Assembly (NCBI GenBank): GCA_902612965.1
Contig: CACMFN010000007.1
Location: 26,506-90,505 of the forward strand
Origin: an uncultured SAR116 cluster alpha proteobacterium
GTDB lineage: Bacteria; Pseudomonadota; Alphaproteobacteria; Puniceispirillales; GCA-002684695
Length of the DNA stretch: 64,000 nucleotides
Reading direction: 5' to 3'
Shown here piece after piece: positions 20,627-30,812 of this stretch (positions are counted from its first letter, which is position 1; each line of letters begins with the position of its first letter). The translations under genes were made by a program, and so were the position numbers. The notes beneath the pieces are model-generated. The model worked only from the letters and a program-made list of their open reading frames with translations. It made no database searches and was not told where the DNA came from.

Positions 20627-21763
20627 TCATTTAGCTATAACCCTGCCTTGTGGGCTCATTGCATTTTCTAAATTGAGCTTCCCATAACCGTAAATATTGT
20701 CTGGCCCACTAGCACCTAAATCTGTCGCAGTTTGTAAAAGAACTTGTTTTATTTGAATGCCTGTTAAATTTGGAAACTTTTGCCTAACTAATGCTGCAGC
20801 TCCAGAAACTCTAGGAGCTGAAAAAGATGTGCCCGATGCGTCACCACTAAAAAGAACATCATCATGCGCTACAATAAAGTCATTTAACATGTTTCCAGCT
20901 TGATAGCTGTAGTTAGCAATTGTACTACTTTGATCACTAAGTGCACCAACAAAAATTGTATCTTCGCCAATTACGTAACCCTGATTTCTAACTCTATTAT
21001 ACACGGTGGCAAAATAATCACATTCAGTTACATATGCAGATCCGCAATACTGTGCTCCATTTCCAGCTGCAAATACAAAAAGCATTTTTTCATTGTAAAT
21101 TGGCTCTGATTTTTGATTAATACTCATTATTTTACTAGTAACGGCATCAGAAATAATATCGTCCCAATTAGGATTATTGGTACCTGTATAGCTTCCAAAT
21201 GAGTTTTTTAGAGGTTTTTCAAATCCCCATGAATTATTTACTATATAATATTCATTAGTATTGTAATAATCAAATGCACTATTTGCATTTTGTAGAGTAG
21301 TACTGAGATTTCCACTTGGGAGATTAGATAAAATTGTATTAGCCTCTGGAGAAATGCTATTCAAAACTAAAGAAACCCAATCACCGTGACTGTCAATCCT
21401 TCCATTTGAATTAAAAGAGTCAAGTATTCCTACTTTAATACCTTTACCAGTCCAACCACTTGACCAAACATTATTTGCAAGTGTATCTCTTGTTGCTATA
21501 GGATAAGATAAACCATTATTTAAAGTACTATGGGCCTGACTTAGAGAAGAAAAAGTATTTCCACTTGGTCCATCATAAGGAAGATTTCTCTCAGACCCTA
21601 ACAATATATTTGAGTTTGCTTGTTCTAAAGATGATGGATTGCCAGTTGTATAATCATAAGAAATCTCTAGTGAATTTTTGATTGATGATCCACCTCCACC
21701 ACATGAAGTCAATAATAATGTAAAAGCCATTAAAATTAAAAACTTATGATTTAAACTGCTCAT
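20627..21763 (-). CDS. S8 (subtilisin-like) serine peptidase, lipoprotein
   Basis: Lipobox LTS-C followed by GGGG. Triad motifs GILDS, SHGDWV and GTSFSAPRVSG; oxyanion AAGN; YGYGKL. Confidence 0.9.
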   Translation of the reverse strand: MSSLNHKFLILMAFTLLLTSCGGGGSSIKNSLEISYDYTTGNPSSLEQANSNILLGSERNLPYDGPSGNTFSSLSQAHSTLNNGLSYPIATRDTLANNVWSSGWTGKGIKVGILDSFNSNGRIDSHGDWVSLVLNSISPEANTILSNLPSGNLSTTLQNANSAFDYYNTNEYYIVNNSWGFEKPLKNSFGSYTGTNNPNWDDIISDAVTSKIMSINQKSEPIYNEKMLFVFAAGNGAQYCGSAYVTECDYFATVYNRVRNQGYVIGEDTIFVGALSDQSSTIANYSYQAGNMLNDFIVAHDDVLFSGDASGTSFSAPRVSGAAALVRQKFPNLTGIQIKQVLLQTATDLGASGPDNIYGYGKLNLENAMSPQGRVIAK

Positions 21764-21785
21764 AAAAAATATATTTTCAAATTAG

Positions 21786-21809
21786 ATTATATGTTTAATT
21801 ATATGTTTA
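21786..21809. repeat. Perfect 12-bp tandem direct repeat (ATTATATGTTTA x2)
   Basis: Seen directly in the divergent intergenic region between the S8 gene and the DsbA-family gene. Confidence 0.7.
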
Positions 21810-21861
21810 ATCTCGTATTTGAAAATTAAACAAATTTCTATCTACTAATTAGTTACGTATA

Positions 21862-22485
21862 ATGGAAAAAAAAATTAATATTAAAATTGTTGCAGATATT
21901 GTTTGTCCTTGGTGCTTTATTGGTTGCAATCATTTAAATGCATCATTGAAATCTAGAAATTTTTATGAATACGAGATTGATTGGCAACCATTTTATCTAA
22001 ACCCAACAATGCCATCAAATGGCATGGACAGAAAACAATACTTAAAAAATAAATTTGGCAGTCAAGTAAACTTGATAGAAAGTCAAATTTTAAATGCAGC
22101 TGAAAATTATAATATTAAAATAAATTTAGAAAAGATAAACACTACACCAAATACAAGAAAAATCCATAGTGCAATATCTATAATAAAAAATTACAACTTA
22201 AATAAATCATACGACTTTGCTTTTAAGATTATGACTGATTATTTTGCTAATGGTAAAGATATAAGAAATGAAACCTATCTAACAAAAACTATCGCAAAAT
22301 TTAATACTTTTAATAAGAGTATTGCTTTAGATAAGATTAATTATGCAGAGAATAAAGAACCCTTTTTAAATTTTGATTTTATTAATGGTGTTCCTGTTTT
22401 CATTTTTAATGACAAATGGACATTAAATGGAGCTCAAGATCCCAAAGTAATAGAAACAATTATTGATATTGCAGCTAAAGACTAA
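21862..22485 (+). CDS. DsbA/FrnE-family oxidoreductase
   Basis: DIVCPWCFIG, WQPFYLNP, PNT, GVP cis-Pro loop and GAQ motifs. Confidence 0.9.
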   Translation: MEKKINIKIVADIVCPWCFIGCNHLNASLKSRNFYEYEIDWQPFYLNPTMPSNGMDRKQYLKNKFGSQVNLIESQILNAAENYNIKINLEKINTTPNTRKIHSAISIIKNYNLNKSYDFAFKIMTDYFANGKDIRNETYLTKTIAKFNTFNKSIALDKINYAENKEPFLNFDFINGVPVFIFNDKWTLNGAQDPKVIETIIDIAAKD

Positions 22486-25400
22486 ATAAGTAGATCAGAT
22501 ATCATCTTTAATTCTTCTTTTACTAATCTAATTCTTTCATTTTTATTAGACATATTTTTTTTGATTATAATTGACTGATCACTATTAACTAAAATTCTTT
22601 CAGAATTTTTTGTAATATATTTTAAAAGATTTTCTGGTTTAGGGAAAATATCATTGTAAAACTTTAAATTAATTCCATTTTTCCCTGCATCAATTTTATA
22701 CACATTAGTATTCTTACAATACTGTTTTATATTAATAATTTCTAACAACGTACTTACTTCCTTCGGGAGATTACCAAATCTATCAACCAGCTCTTGTTTA
22801 ATTATTTCAATTTCTTCCTCAGATTTTAAAAAAGCTATTCTTCTATACATCGAAAGTCTTAAAGAAACATCTTCTATGTAACTTTCTGGTATTTTTGATG
22901 AAACTCCAATTTGTATTTGAGGAGACCACTCATTTATATTTAAATTTCCTTCAACAGAATTAATCTCTATAGCGGCCTTAAGTAATGATTGGTAAAGTTC
23001 TATTCCCACTTCTTTGATATGACCAGATTGCTCTTCACCTAAAAGGTTTCCCGCACCCCTGATATCCATATCGTAAGATGCAAGTGAAAAGCCTGCTCCA
23101 AGATTGTCTAATGTTTGCATTACCTCTAACCTTTTTCTGGCATTATTAGTTAACAATGAATCGTCATTTATTATTAAGTACGCATATGCTCTTGCCTTCC
23201 CTCTTCCAACTCTACCTCGCAATTGATATAATTGAGACAATCCAAATTTATCAGCATTATAAACAATAATGGTGTTTGCTAACGGTATATCCAATCCTGA
23301 TTCAATAATATTTGTAGAAAGAAGAATGTTTGCTTTACCTTGTGAAAAACCAATCATTGATTTATCTATTTCTTCAACACTCATTCTACCATGTGCTGTA
23401 GCGATTTTCAAATCTGGTAATAATTCAATTAATTTATCATGGACTTTATTTAAGTCTTTTATTCGAGGCACAACACAAAATACTAGTCCGCCCCTGTGAA
23501 TTTCTCTTTTTATAGCTTCTTTTAAAGTTACATTATCCCAAGTAGAGACAAACGTTCTTATTGAAAGTCTATCAACAGGCGGAGTTGTTATTAGGCTCAT
23601 AGTCCGCACACCTGAAAGAGACATTTGAAGTGTTCTTGGAATTGGAGTAGCAGTCAATGTTAATACATGCATTGATTGCCTAATGGACTTTAAGTATTCT
23701 TTTTGTGCAACACCAAAATGTTGTTCTTCATCGATTATAAGGAGCAATAAATTATTAAATATAATTTTTTTAGATAATAACGAATGGGTTCCAATAATAA
23801 TTTGAGTTTCGCCAGTTTCAATTTCATGTTTTACTAATTTACTATCTTTAGATTTTACAAATCTTGATAACTCACTAACTTTTATTGGAAACCCCCTAAA
23901 CCTTTCTTGAAAATTAACAACATGTTGCTTAACCAATAGTGTTGTAGGTGCAATTACAGCCACCTGGTAACCTGCCATTGCCGCCATAAAAGATGATCTA
24001 AGAGCGATTTCAGTTTTACCATAGCCAACATCACCACAAATTAACCTATCCATTAATCTCCCAGATAATAGATCATTTTCAACATCCTGAATGGCTACTT
24101 GTTGATCTTCAGTGGGAGTATATGAAAAGCGTGAACAAAACTGTTCGTATTCGTCTGAAGGAAATTCTAATGGTTTAATTTTAGTTGTTTCTCTACTAGC
24201 AGCTACTTTTATAAGTTCATCTGCAATTTCTTTTATTCTTTTTTTAGCATTTGCTTTCCTTGCCTGCCAGCCGCTACTGCCCAGTTTATCAAGACTAGCA
24301 TCAGTACCTGAACCATATCTTGAAATAAGTTCAATATTTTCAACAGGAACATACAACCTGTCATTTCCACTATATATAAGTTTAAGGCAGTCTCTTTCTA
24401 AATCATTAGATTTAATAGTTTCTAAGCCTTTATATTTACCAATTCCGTGTTCTACATGGACAAGCAGATCTCCAGTCGTTAATGAAGTTATATCTCGTAA
24501 AAAGTTTTCTGCTTTTTTTGATTTTACAGTTGGCCTTCCAAATTTAACTCCAAACAAATCCTCTTCTGAAACAAAAAGAGTATTATTTATGTTAAATCCT
24601 TTTTCTAAAGGATAAACAATACAAGAAAAGTTATCTTTCAATTGTGATATATTTTTTATTTCGTTGATAACATCATCTTTGGCAATGCCGTTAATTATGC
24701 CTTTAATTCTCTGCAAAGATCCATTTGAGTTACAGCAAACTAATATTCTACTATGTATTTTTGTAAGGGTAAGTAACTCTTTGACTGTATTTTCGCCTTT
24801 AATTTTTGCAATACTAAAATCAATTCCAGGTTTGATATTTAAATATATTGATGAATGTTTTTCACCTGGCGTAAAAGAATTAAATTCAATTACTACTCTT
24901 TTATCTAAAATCTCTAATAATTTTTTTTTGTCCAAATATAGATGTTGTGGAGATAATAAATTAGATCTTTTGCCTTCAGTATTATGGTCATCTTTCCTTG
25001 CGTTATAAAAATCATTAATTTCCTCAAACTTAGTGTCTAAAATGGATGAATATTCTTTATCTAAAATTACATGCACATCGCCAATATGGTCAAATATTGT
25101 TGCTAAACTTTCATGAAACATAGATAAATAATGTTCAATGCCATTTGTTTTGATTTTCTGGGAAATATTATTATAAAGTGATTTATCATACTCTTCGTTA
25201 AATAGTTCTCTGTGATTTCTCCTAAATAATTCTACACTATGATCAGTTAAAATAATCTCATTACCTGCATTAAAACTTATAAAATTGATATTGTGTAAAC
25301 TCAACTGACTGATCGGGTCAAATAATCTTAAGGAATCGATAACATCACCAAAAAAATCAATTCGCACAGGGTTTTGTTCTCCAGGAGGATAGACATCAAG

Positions 25401-25901
25401 AATACTTCCCCTTAGAGAATACTCTGAATCCTCTCTAACAGTATTAGTTCTCATATAACCATTATTTTCAAAAAAATTTATTAATTCTCTTTGTGAAATA
25501 TTTTGTCCAGATTGTATGCTTTTAGATGAATTTTTAATAAAATCTTGATTAGGAATTTTTTGAATTACGGAACCAATTGTAGATAAAATTATTGTTTTCT
25601 TGCTATTCGGATTAGCTAAACTTGATAACGCTCTTACCCTTTTACCGACTAATTTTTGATTTGGTGAGTTCTTGTCAAATGGAAGACAGTCCCATGCTGG
25701 GAATTCTATAATATCAATATTATTATTTATGATTCTAAGAGATTGTGAAAACCTTGATAACCTAATATCATCTCGTAAAATGATAAGAATTTTACTAAAA
25801 TGATTACATAATTCTACGGCTGCTAGGCAGTCTGCACCATCAGGGAGATTTGAAACTATATTTTTTTTTTTTAGATTTAGATCATTGCCAAAAAGATTCA
25901 T
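22482..25901 (-). CDS. mfd: Transcription-repair coupling factor
   Basis: UvrB-like N-terminus, CarD/RID domain (VHVEHGIG), GDVGYGKT, DEEQ, TATPIPRT, QLRGRVGR and TRG motif. Confidence 0.97.
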   Translation of the reverse strand: MNLFGNDLNLKKKNIVSNLPDGADCLAAVELCNHFSKILIILRDDIRLSRFSQSLRIINNNIDIIEFPAWDCLPFDKNSPNQKLVGKRVRALSSLANPNSKKTIILSTIGSVIQKIPNQDFIKNSSKSIQSGQNISQRELINFFENNGYMRTNTVREDSEYSLRGSILDVYPPGEQNPVRIDFFGDVIDSLRLFDPISQLSLHNINFISFNAGNEIILTDHSVELFRRNHRELFNEEYDKSLYNNISQKIKTNGIEHYLSMFHESLATIFDHIGDVHVILDKEYSSILDTKFEEINDFYNARKDDHNTEGKRSNLLSPQHLYLDKKKLLEILDKRVVIEFNSFTPGEKHSSIYLNIKPGIDFSIAKIKGENTVKELLTLTKIHSRILVCCNSNGSLQRIKGIINGIAKDDVINEIKNISQLKDNFSCIVYPLEKGFNINNTLFVSEEDLFGVKFGRPTVKSKKAENFLRDITSLTTGDLLVHVEHGIGKYKGLETIKSNDLERDCLKLIYSGNDRLYVPVENIELISRYGSGTDASLDKLGSSGWQARKANAKKRIKEIADELIKVAASRETTKIKPLEFPSDEYEQFCSRFSYTPTEDQQVAIQDVENDLLSGRLMDRLICGDVGYGKTEIALRSSFMAAMAGYQVAVIAPTTLLVKQHVVNFQERFRGFPIKVSELSRFVKSKDSKLVKHEIETGETQIIIGTHSLLSKKIIFNNLLLLIIDEEQHFGVAQKEYLKSIRQSMHVLTLTATPIPRTLQMSLSGVRTMSLITTPPVDRLSIRTFVSTWDNVTLKEAIKREIHRGGLVFCVVPRIKDLNKVHDKLIELLPDLKIATAHGRMSVEEIDKSMIGFSQGKANILLSTNIIESGLDIPLANTIIVYNADKFGLSQLYQLRGRVGRGKARAYAYLIINDDSLLTNNARKRLEVMQTLDNLGAGFSLASYDMDIRGAGNLLGEEQSGHIKEVGIELYQSLLKAAIEINSVEGNLNINEWSPQIQIGVSSKIPESYIEDVSLRLSMYRRIAFLKSEEEIEIIKQELVDRFGNLPKEVSTLLEIINIKQYCKNTNVYKIDAGKNGINLKFYNDIFPKPENLLKYITKNSERILVNSDQSIIIKKNMSNKNERIRLVKEELKMISDLLI

Positions 25902-26167
25902 TATAACTTTTTCATCATTAAAATAAATTTTTTATAGTTTTCATCTTCAAAAAATGGAATAGCTTCATTATTCGAAACCCAATTCCAAATATTTACATCA
26001 CCAAGTGTAAGAAATCTTTCATATGATTCCAACTCACTTATACTTAATTTTTCTAAATTATTTTTAGCAAAATTACTTAATACAAAATCACATTCTTTTG
26101 AACCTGAATATATAGAACGATATTGAAGTTTTTTGATAAGAGAATTTTTGTATTTTAGTTTTGCCAT
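25901..26167 (-). CDS. sdhE: Succinate dehydrogenase assembly factor 2 (SdhE/SDH5 family)
   Basis: 88 aa; KKLQYRS...GSKECD...F...L...D.IWNW pattern; occupies the conserved alphaproteobacterial position between recG and mfd. Confidence 0.8.
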   Translation of the reverse strand: MAKLKYKNSLIKKLQYRSIYSGSKECDFVLSNFAKNNLEKLSISELESYERFLTLGDVNIWNWVSNNEAIPFFEDENYKKFILMMKKL

Positions 26168-26196
26168 TAGATAATAAACTTTGATAAATTAAAAAA

Positions 26197-28272
26197 ATGA
26201 AATTTCAAAGACCTAGTTTTTTGTATCCATTGTTTTCAGAGATTACATTAATACCTGGAATTGGTCCAAAGACATTCAAGCTGCTTGAAAATAAAATTGG
26301 CAAAAATGTAATTGATCTATTGTTTCATCTTCCACACACAGTAATTAATCGTTTAAATAATTTAGATTTAAAGCATTGTCCAACAAATTCAATCATTACA
26401 AAAAAAATATTAATTACTAAACATATTTCAAATTTTTATAATTCAAGAAGACCATATAAACTCATTGGACATTGCGAAAATTTTGAAATTGAGATAATTT
26501 TTTTCAATTATAAAGGCCAATATATAGAAAAAAATTTTCCTGTTAACTCAGTTGTAATTGTCAGTGGCAAGATTAATAGGTTTAATGAAATAATTAAATT
26601 TACAAATCCTGACTATATATATGAAGTTAGCCAGATAAAAAAAATTCCTAAATTTGAGCCTATATATCCACTTACTGCAGGAATAAACAATAAATTACTT
26701 AGAAAATCTATTGGGCATGCTATTAAACTTATTCCTCCTGATTTACCAGAGTGGATACCAAAAAAAGTTATACTAGAAAATAATTGGCCTACATTTTCTG
26801 AAGCACTTAAGTCTATTCATATTCCAAATACAATGATTGAAGTTGATAACAGAAGTTTATACTTACAAAGATTAAGCTTTGATGAAGTTTTTGCAAATCA
26901 ATTAGGAATGCAAGTTTATAAAAAAAAGTACCAAGTTTTAAATGTAAATAAAAATAAAAGAAAAACAAAATATTTTAAAAAATGTTTAGAAAATTTAAAT
27001 TTTAATCTTACTAATTCACAAAATGAATGCATTGAAGATCTATATTCAGATCTTTGTTCAAAAACTCAAATGAAGAGAATTTTACAAGGAGATGTTGGAA
27101 GTGGTAAAACAATCGTTGCTATAGCAGCAATTCTAAATGTGATTGAAAACTCCAAACAAGCTGCATTAATGGCACCAACTGAATTATTATCTACTCAACA
27201 TTATAATTTTATTAAAAATTTCACGGAAAGTCTTAATATTAAAGTAGCCCTTTTAACGTCAAAAATAGATAAGAATGAAAGGATTTCCATATTAAATAAG
27301 ATTTCAAATGGTTATATAGATATTGTAATTGGAACTCATTCCCTAATTTCTGATAGGGTCAAATTTAATAATTTAGGAATAGCAGTTATTGATGAACAAC
27401 ATAAATTTGGAGTGATACAAAGAAGCAAAGTCCTTGCAAAAGGAGAAAATGTACATTTATTACTCTTAACAGCTACACCAATACCGAGAAGTTTATCTAT
27501 GACAGTGTATGGTGATCTAGACCTAAGCGAAATTAAAGAGAAACCAAAAAATAGAAAAAAAATTATAACTAAGATTTTACCATTGGAAAAATACGAAAAA
27601 GTGAAAATGGCAATTTCTAGAGCGCTTGAAAATAAAGAAAAAATTTATTGGGTATGTCCATTACTAGAAGAGACAGAAACACTTGATTTAGTATCATTAA
27701 ATAATAGATTTAAAATTCTTACTAAATCATTTTCAAAATTCAATCCCACATTAGCACATGGGAAAATGGATAATCATGAAAGAGAAAAATCAATCGAAAG
27801 ATTTTTTAATAATAAATCAAGGATTTTAATAGCATCAACAGTAATTGAAGTGGGTATAGATATTCCAGATGCCACAATAATTATAATAGAAAACGCTGAA
27901 AGATTTGGACTTGCTCAACTACACCAATTAAGAGGTAGAGTTGGACGAAGCTCTTTACAGTCTTATTGCATTCTTATGTATGGAAAAAATATAAGCGAAA
28001 TTGGTAAATTAAGACTTAAAACAATGAGAGATACGGATGATGGATTTTTTATTGCTGAAAAAGATCTCGAATTAAGAGGTCCTGGCGAAGTTTTTGGAAC
28101 AAGACAATCTGGTGAAAATGAATTGAAACTGTTACCCTTTATTGATAAAGAAAAACTTATACTTGCAAAAGATTTCGCAATCGATATCGTTTCTACAAAT
28201 AATCTAAATTTTGAACATGAAGTTCTAGTCAGTCTATTTAATAAGGATGAATATATTAAGTTAATGAGTTAG
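26197..28272 (+). CDS. recG: ATP-dependent DNA helicase RecG
   Basis: GIGPK, PIYPLT, QGDVGSGKT, DEQH, TATPIPR, QLRGRVGR and DLELRGPGE motifs. Confidence 0.97.
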   Translation: MKFQRPSFLYPLFSEITLIPGIGPKTFKLLENKIGKNVIDLLFHLPHTVINRLNNLDLKHCPTNSIITKKILITKHISNFYNSRRPYKLIGHCENFEIEIIFFNYKGQYIEKNFPVNSVVIVSGKINRFNEIIKFTNPDYIYEVSQIKKIPKFEPIYPLTAGINNKLLRKSIGHAIKLIPPDLPEWIPKKVILENNWPTFSEALKSIHIPNTMIEVDNRSLYLQRLSFDEVFANQLGMQVYKKKYQVLNVNKNKRKTKYFKKCLENLNFNLTNSQNECIEDLYSDLCSKTQMKRILQGDVGSGKTIVAIAAILNVIENSKQAALMAPTELLSTQHYNFIKNFTESLNIKVALLTSKIDKNERISILNKISNGYIDIVIGTHSLISDRVKFNNLGIAVIDEQHKFGVIQRSKVLAKGENVHLLLLTATPIPRSLSMTVYGDLDLSEIKEKPKNRKKIITKILPLEKYEKVKMAISRALENKEKIYWVCPLLEETETLDLVSLNNRFKILTKSFSKFNPTLAHGKMDNHEREKSIERFFNNKSRILIASTVIEVGIDIPDATIIIIENAERFGLAQLHQLRGRVGRSSLQSYCILMYGKNISEIGKLRLKTMRDTDDGFFIAEKDLELRGPGEVFGTRQSGENELKLLPFIDKEKLILAKDFAIDIVSTNNLNFEHEVLVSLFNKDEYIKLMS

Positions 28273-28282
28273 AATAAGAACT

Positions 28283-28888
28283 TTATTTTTCTTTGGGTAC
28301 AACCATACCACCAGAAACAACTAATTTGAGGGCATCTTCTACTGTCATATTTAGAAATATTAGGTCTTCTTCAGGGAAAAATAGAAGAAAACCACTAGTA
28401 GGATTAGGTGTAGTGGGCATGAAAACATTTACCATTTTCTTATCTACCCTTTTTCCTACTTCACCCTTAGTTGAACCAGTAACAAAGCCAATTGCCCAAA
28501 TATCTTTTCTTGGGTACTGAACTAATACAGCTTGACGAAAAGCATCCGATTGCGTCGCCATAACGGTTTCAAGTATCTGTTTAATAGCACTATAAACAGA
28601 TCGAACAACAGGCATTCTATTTAGAATATTTTCCCATATACGAATTAATGTTCGTCCAAAAAGTCCAGTCGCAAGCAAACCAACAAAGGTTGTAAAAATA
28701 AATACTATAATCAATCCAAGTCCAGGAATTGAAAAGGGTAGATAGTTTGATGGCCTATAATAGAAAGGAACCAGCGGAACAACTAAGTTATCTACGAATG
28801 TTATAAAAGCCCAAGCGACGTAAATTGTAAGTATTAGTGGCGTCATAACAAGAATACCTGTTAGAAACCAAGACCTGATTTTAGTCAT
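28283..28888 (-). CDS. DUF502 membrane protein
   Basis: FLTG...P..LT, PVVRSVY, VLVQYPR and FMPTTPNPTSGF motifs. Confidence 0.9.
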   Translation of the reverse strand: MTKIRSWFLTGILVMTPLILTIYVAWAFITFVDNLVVPLVPFYYRPSNYLPFSIPGLGLIIVFIFTTFVGLLATGLFGRTLIRIWENILNRMPVVRSVYSAIKQILETVMATQSDAFRQAVLVQYPRKDIWAIGFVTGSTKGEVGKRVDKKMVNVFMPTTPNPTSGFLLFFPEEDLIFLNMTVEDALKLVVSGGMVVPKEK

Positions 28889-28956
28889 TTATTAACCTTT
28901 CAAAAAAAGTTATTTTATTTTAAAAAATAGATAAAATTAAAATTTATATTTTATAC

Positions 28957-29790
28957 ATGAAATCAAATAAAAATAATACTTTTAGTTATTTAAATAATAA
29001 AAAGACAAAAGAATTAGAAAAATTACTTAAAATTATGTCACATCTTAGGGACCCTGATAAAGGATGTCCTTGGGATATTAAGCAAACTTTCGAATCTATA
29101 GCTCCATATACCATTGAAGAGGCATACGAAGTAAGCCAATCTATTCAAGATAAGGACTATGATGAATTAATGGATGAACTAGGAGACTTACTTCTTCAAG
29201 TTGTTTTTCTTTCTCAAATAGCTAAAGAAAAAAAACTTTTTAAATTTAATGACGTTGTAAAAAGTATCAATAAGAAATTAATTAGGAGACATCCTCATAT
29301 TTTTGAAAAAAATACTAATATAAAATCACCTAATGATGTAAAAAATCAATGGGATAAAATAAAAGAACAAGAAAATAAAAATAAATCAAAGAATACTAAC
29401 ACTTTAGGAAAGATAACAAAGAATTTACCTTCGATATTAAAATCTCAAAAAATACAGGAGGAAGTAAGTAAAGATGGTTTTGATTTTAAAAATGTAAATG
29501 ATTGCATCTTAAAATTACAAGAGGAAATTCAAGAATTTAATGAAGCGCTTAAAACAAATGATAAACAAAAATGTTTAGATGAAGGAGGAGATATTTTGTT
29601 CGCATCAATTAATGTTTTAAGAAAAGCAGGAATTAACTCTCAAGAGGCCCTTGAATTTGCAAATAATAAATTTACAAGAAGATATAATTATTCAGAAATA
29701 CTGGCTCAAAAAGAAAATAAAAACTTTGCAGAAGTCTCACTTGAGAAGAAACATAAGTATTGGTTAAAAAGCAAAAAAATTAATCTTTAG
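28957..29790 (+). CDS. mazG: Nucleoside triphosphate pyrophosphohydrolase
   Basis: LRDP..GCPWD..QT, EEAYE, ELGDLLLQ and KLIRRHPH motifs; second MazG domain EEIQE...EGGD. Confidence 0.93.
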   Translation: MKSNKNNTFSYLNNKKTKELEKLLKIMSHLRDPDKGCPWDIKQTFESIAPYTIEEAYEVSQSIQDKDYDELMDELGDLLLQVVFLSQIAKEKKLFKFNDVVKSINKKLIRRHPHIFEKNTNIKSPNDVKNQWDKIKEQENKNKSKNTNTLGKITKNLPSILKSQKIQEEVSKDGFDFKNVNDCILKLQEEIQEFNEALKTNDKQKCLDEGGDILFASINVLRKAGINSQEALEFANNKFTRRYNYSEILAQKENKNFAEVSLEKKHKYWLKSKKINL

Positions 29791-30655
29791 TATTCTTTAA
29801 AAGGGTTATAAGGCTTGAGGTATCAAACCTGCCACCATTATTTTCTTGAACTTGAGCATAAAACTGGTCAATTAAAGATGTAATTGGTAACCTTGATTTG
29901 TTTTTTCTTGCTTCATCTAAACAAAGCTTTAAATCTTTTCGCATCCAATCAACAGCAAATCCAAAATTGAATTTATTTTGAACCATGGTCTCACCTCTAT
30001 TAATCATTTGCCAACTGCCTGCAGCTCCAGACTGAATAACATCTAAAACCTTTTTCATATCTAAATTTGCGTTTACACCAAAATTTATACCTTCTGACAA
30101 ACCTTGAACAAGGCCTGCAATACAAATTTGATTAACCATTTTTGCTAATTGACCGCTACCAACCTCACCAATTAGAGAAATATTTTTACCATAAGCGCTC
30201 ATAATTTTCTCAGCTTTACTAAATGTAATTCTCTCACCCCCACACATTATTGAAAGAACTCCTTTTTCAGCTCCAACTTGACCTCCAGAAACTGGAGCAT
30301 CTATAAAATAAGCTTTTTTATCAATCAAAGTTTTATGTAGATACTTTGCCAAATCAGCACTTGATGTAGTGTGATCAACTAAAATACAATCTTTTGAAAT
30401 ACCTGAAATTATACCATTTTGCCCATTAAAAACTGATAAAACATCATCATCATTTCCAACACATACAAAAATATACTCTGATTTATTTGCAGCATCCTTT
30501 GGGCTCTTACATACTTGTCCTTTAAATTCTTGTATCCATTTTTCAGCTTTCTCTATTGTACGATTATAAACAAAAACTTGATGACCTGCTTTTGACAAAT
30601 GACCTGCCATTGGGTAACCCATTACCCCTAAGCCAATAAAACACACTTTTGCCAT
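29780..30655 (-). CDS. NAD(P)-dependent beta-hydroxyacid dehydrogenase (3-hydroxyisobutyrate/tartronate semialdehyde reductase family)
   Basis: FIGLGVMG, DAPVSGG, GQLAKMVNQ and KDL motifs. Confidence 0.9.
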   Translation of the reverse strand: MAKVCFIGLGVMGYPMAGHLSKAGHQVFVYNRTIEKAEKWIQEFKGQVCKSPKDAANKSEYIFVCVGNDDDVLSVFNGQNGIISGISKDCILVDHTTSSADLAKYLHKTLIDKKAYFIDAPVSGGQVGAEKGVLSIMCGGERITFSKAEKIMSAYGKNISLIGEVGSGQLAKMVNQICIAGLVQGLSEGINFGVNANLDMKKVLDVIQSGAAGSWQMINRGETMVQNKFNFGFAVDWMRKDLKLCLDEARKNKSRLPITSLIDQFYAQVQENNGGRFDTSSLITLLKNTKD

Positions 30656-30812
30656 AAAACTTCCTATATATTATATATGATTTTTATATATTTAATTATA
30701 CGAGATACACTATTATTGACAGTTTGATAAATTAATTTTGTGTAAATACAATTAACTAGATTAAATATTTTTAATTATTTTACTTAAACACAAAAAATAT
30801 ATTGAGAATAAA

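Noticed and set aside
14755..21800. Possible tRNA-anchored genomic island
   Set aside because: The accessory genes lie on the 5' side of the tRNA. I saw no integrase and no duplicated tRNA 3' end (att site).
30656..30812. Long AT-rich spacer as a possible ncRNA
   Set aside because: No stable stem, terminator or convincing ORF visible; most simply a promoter region.
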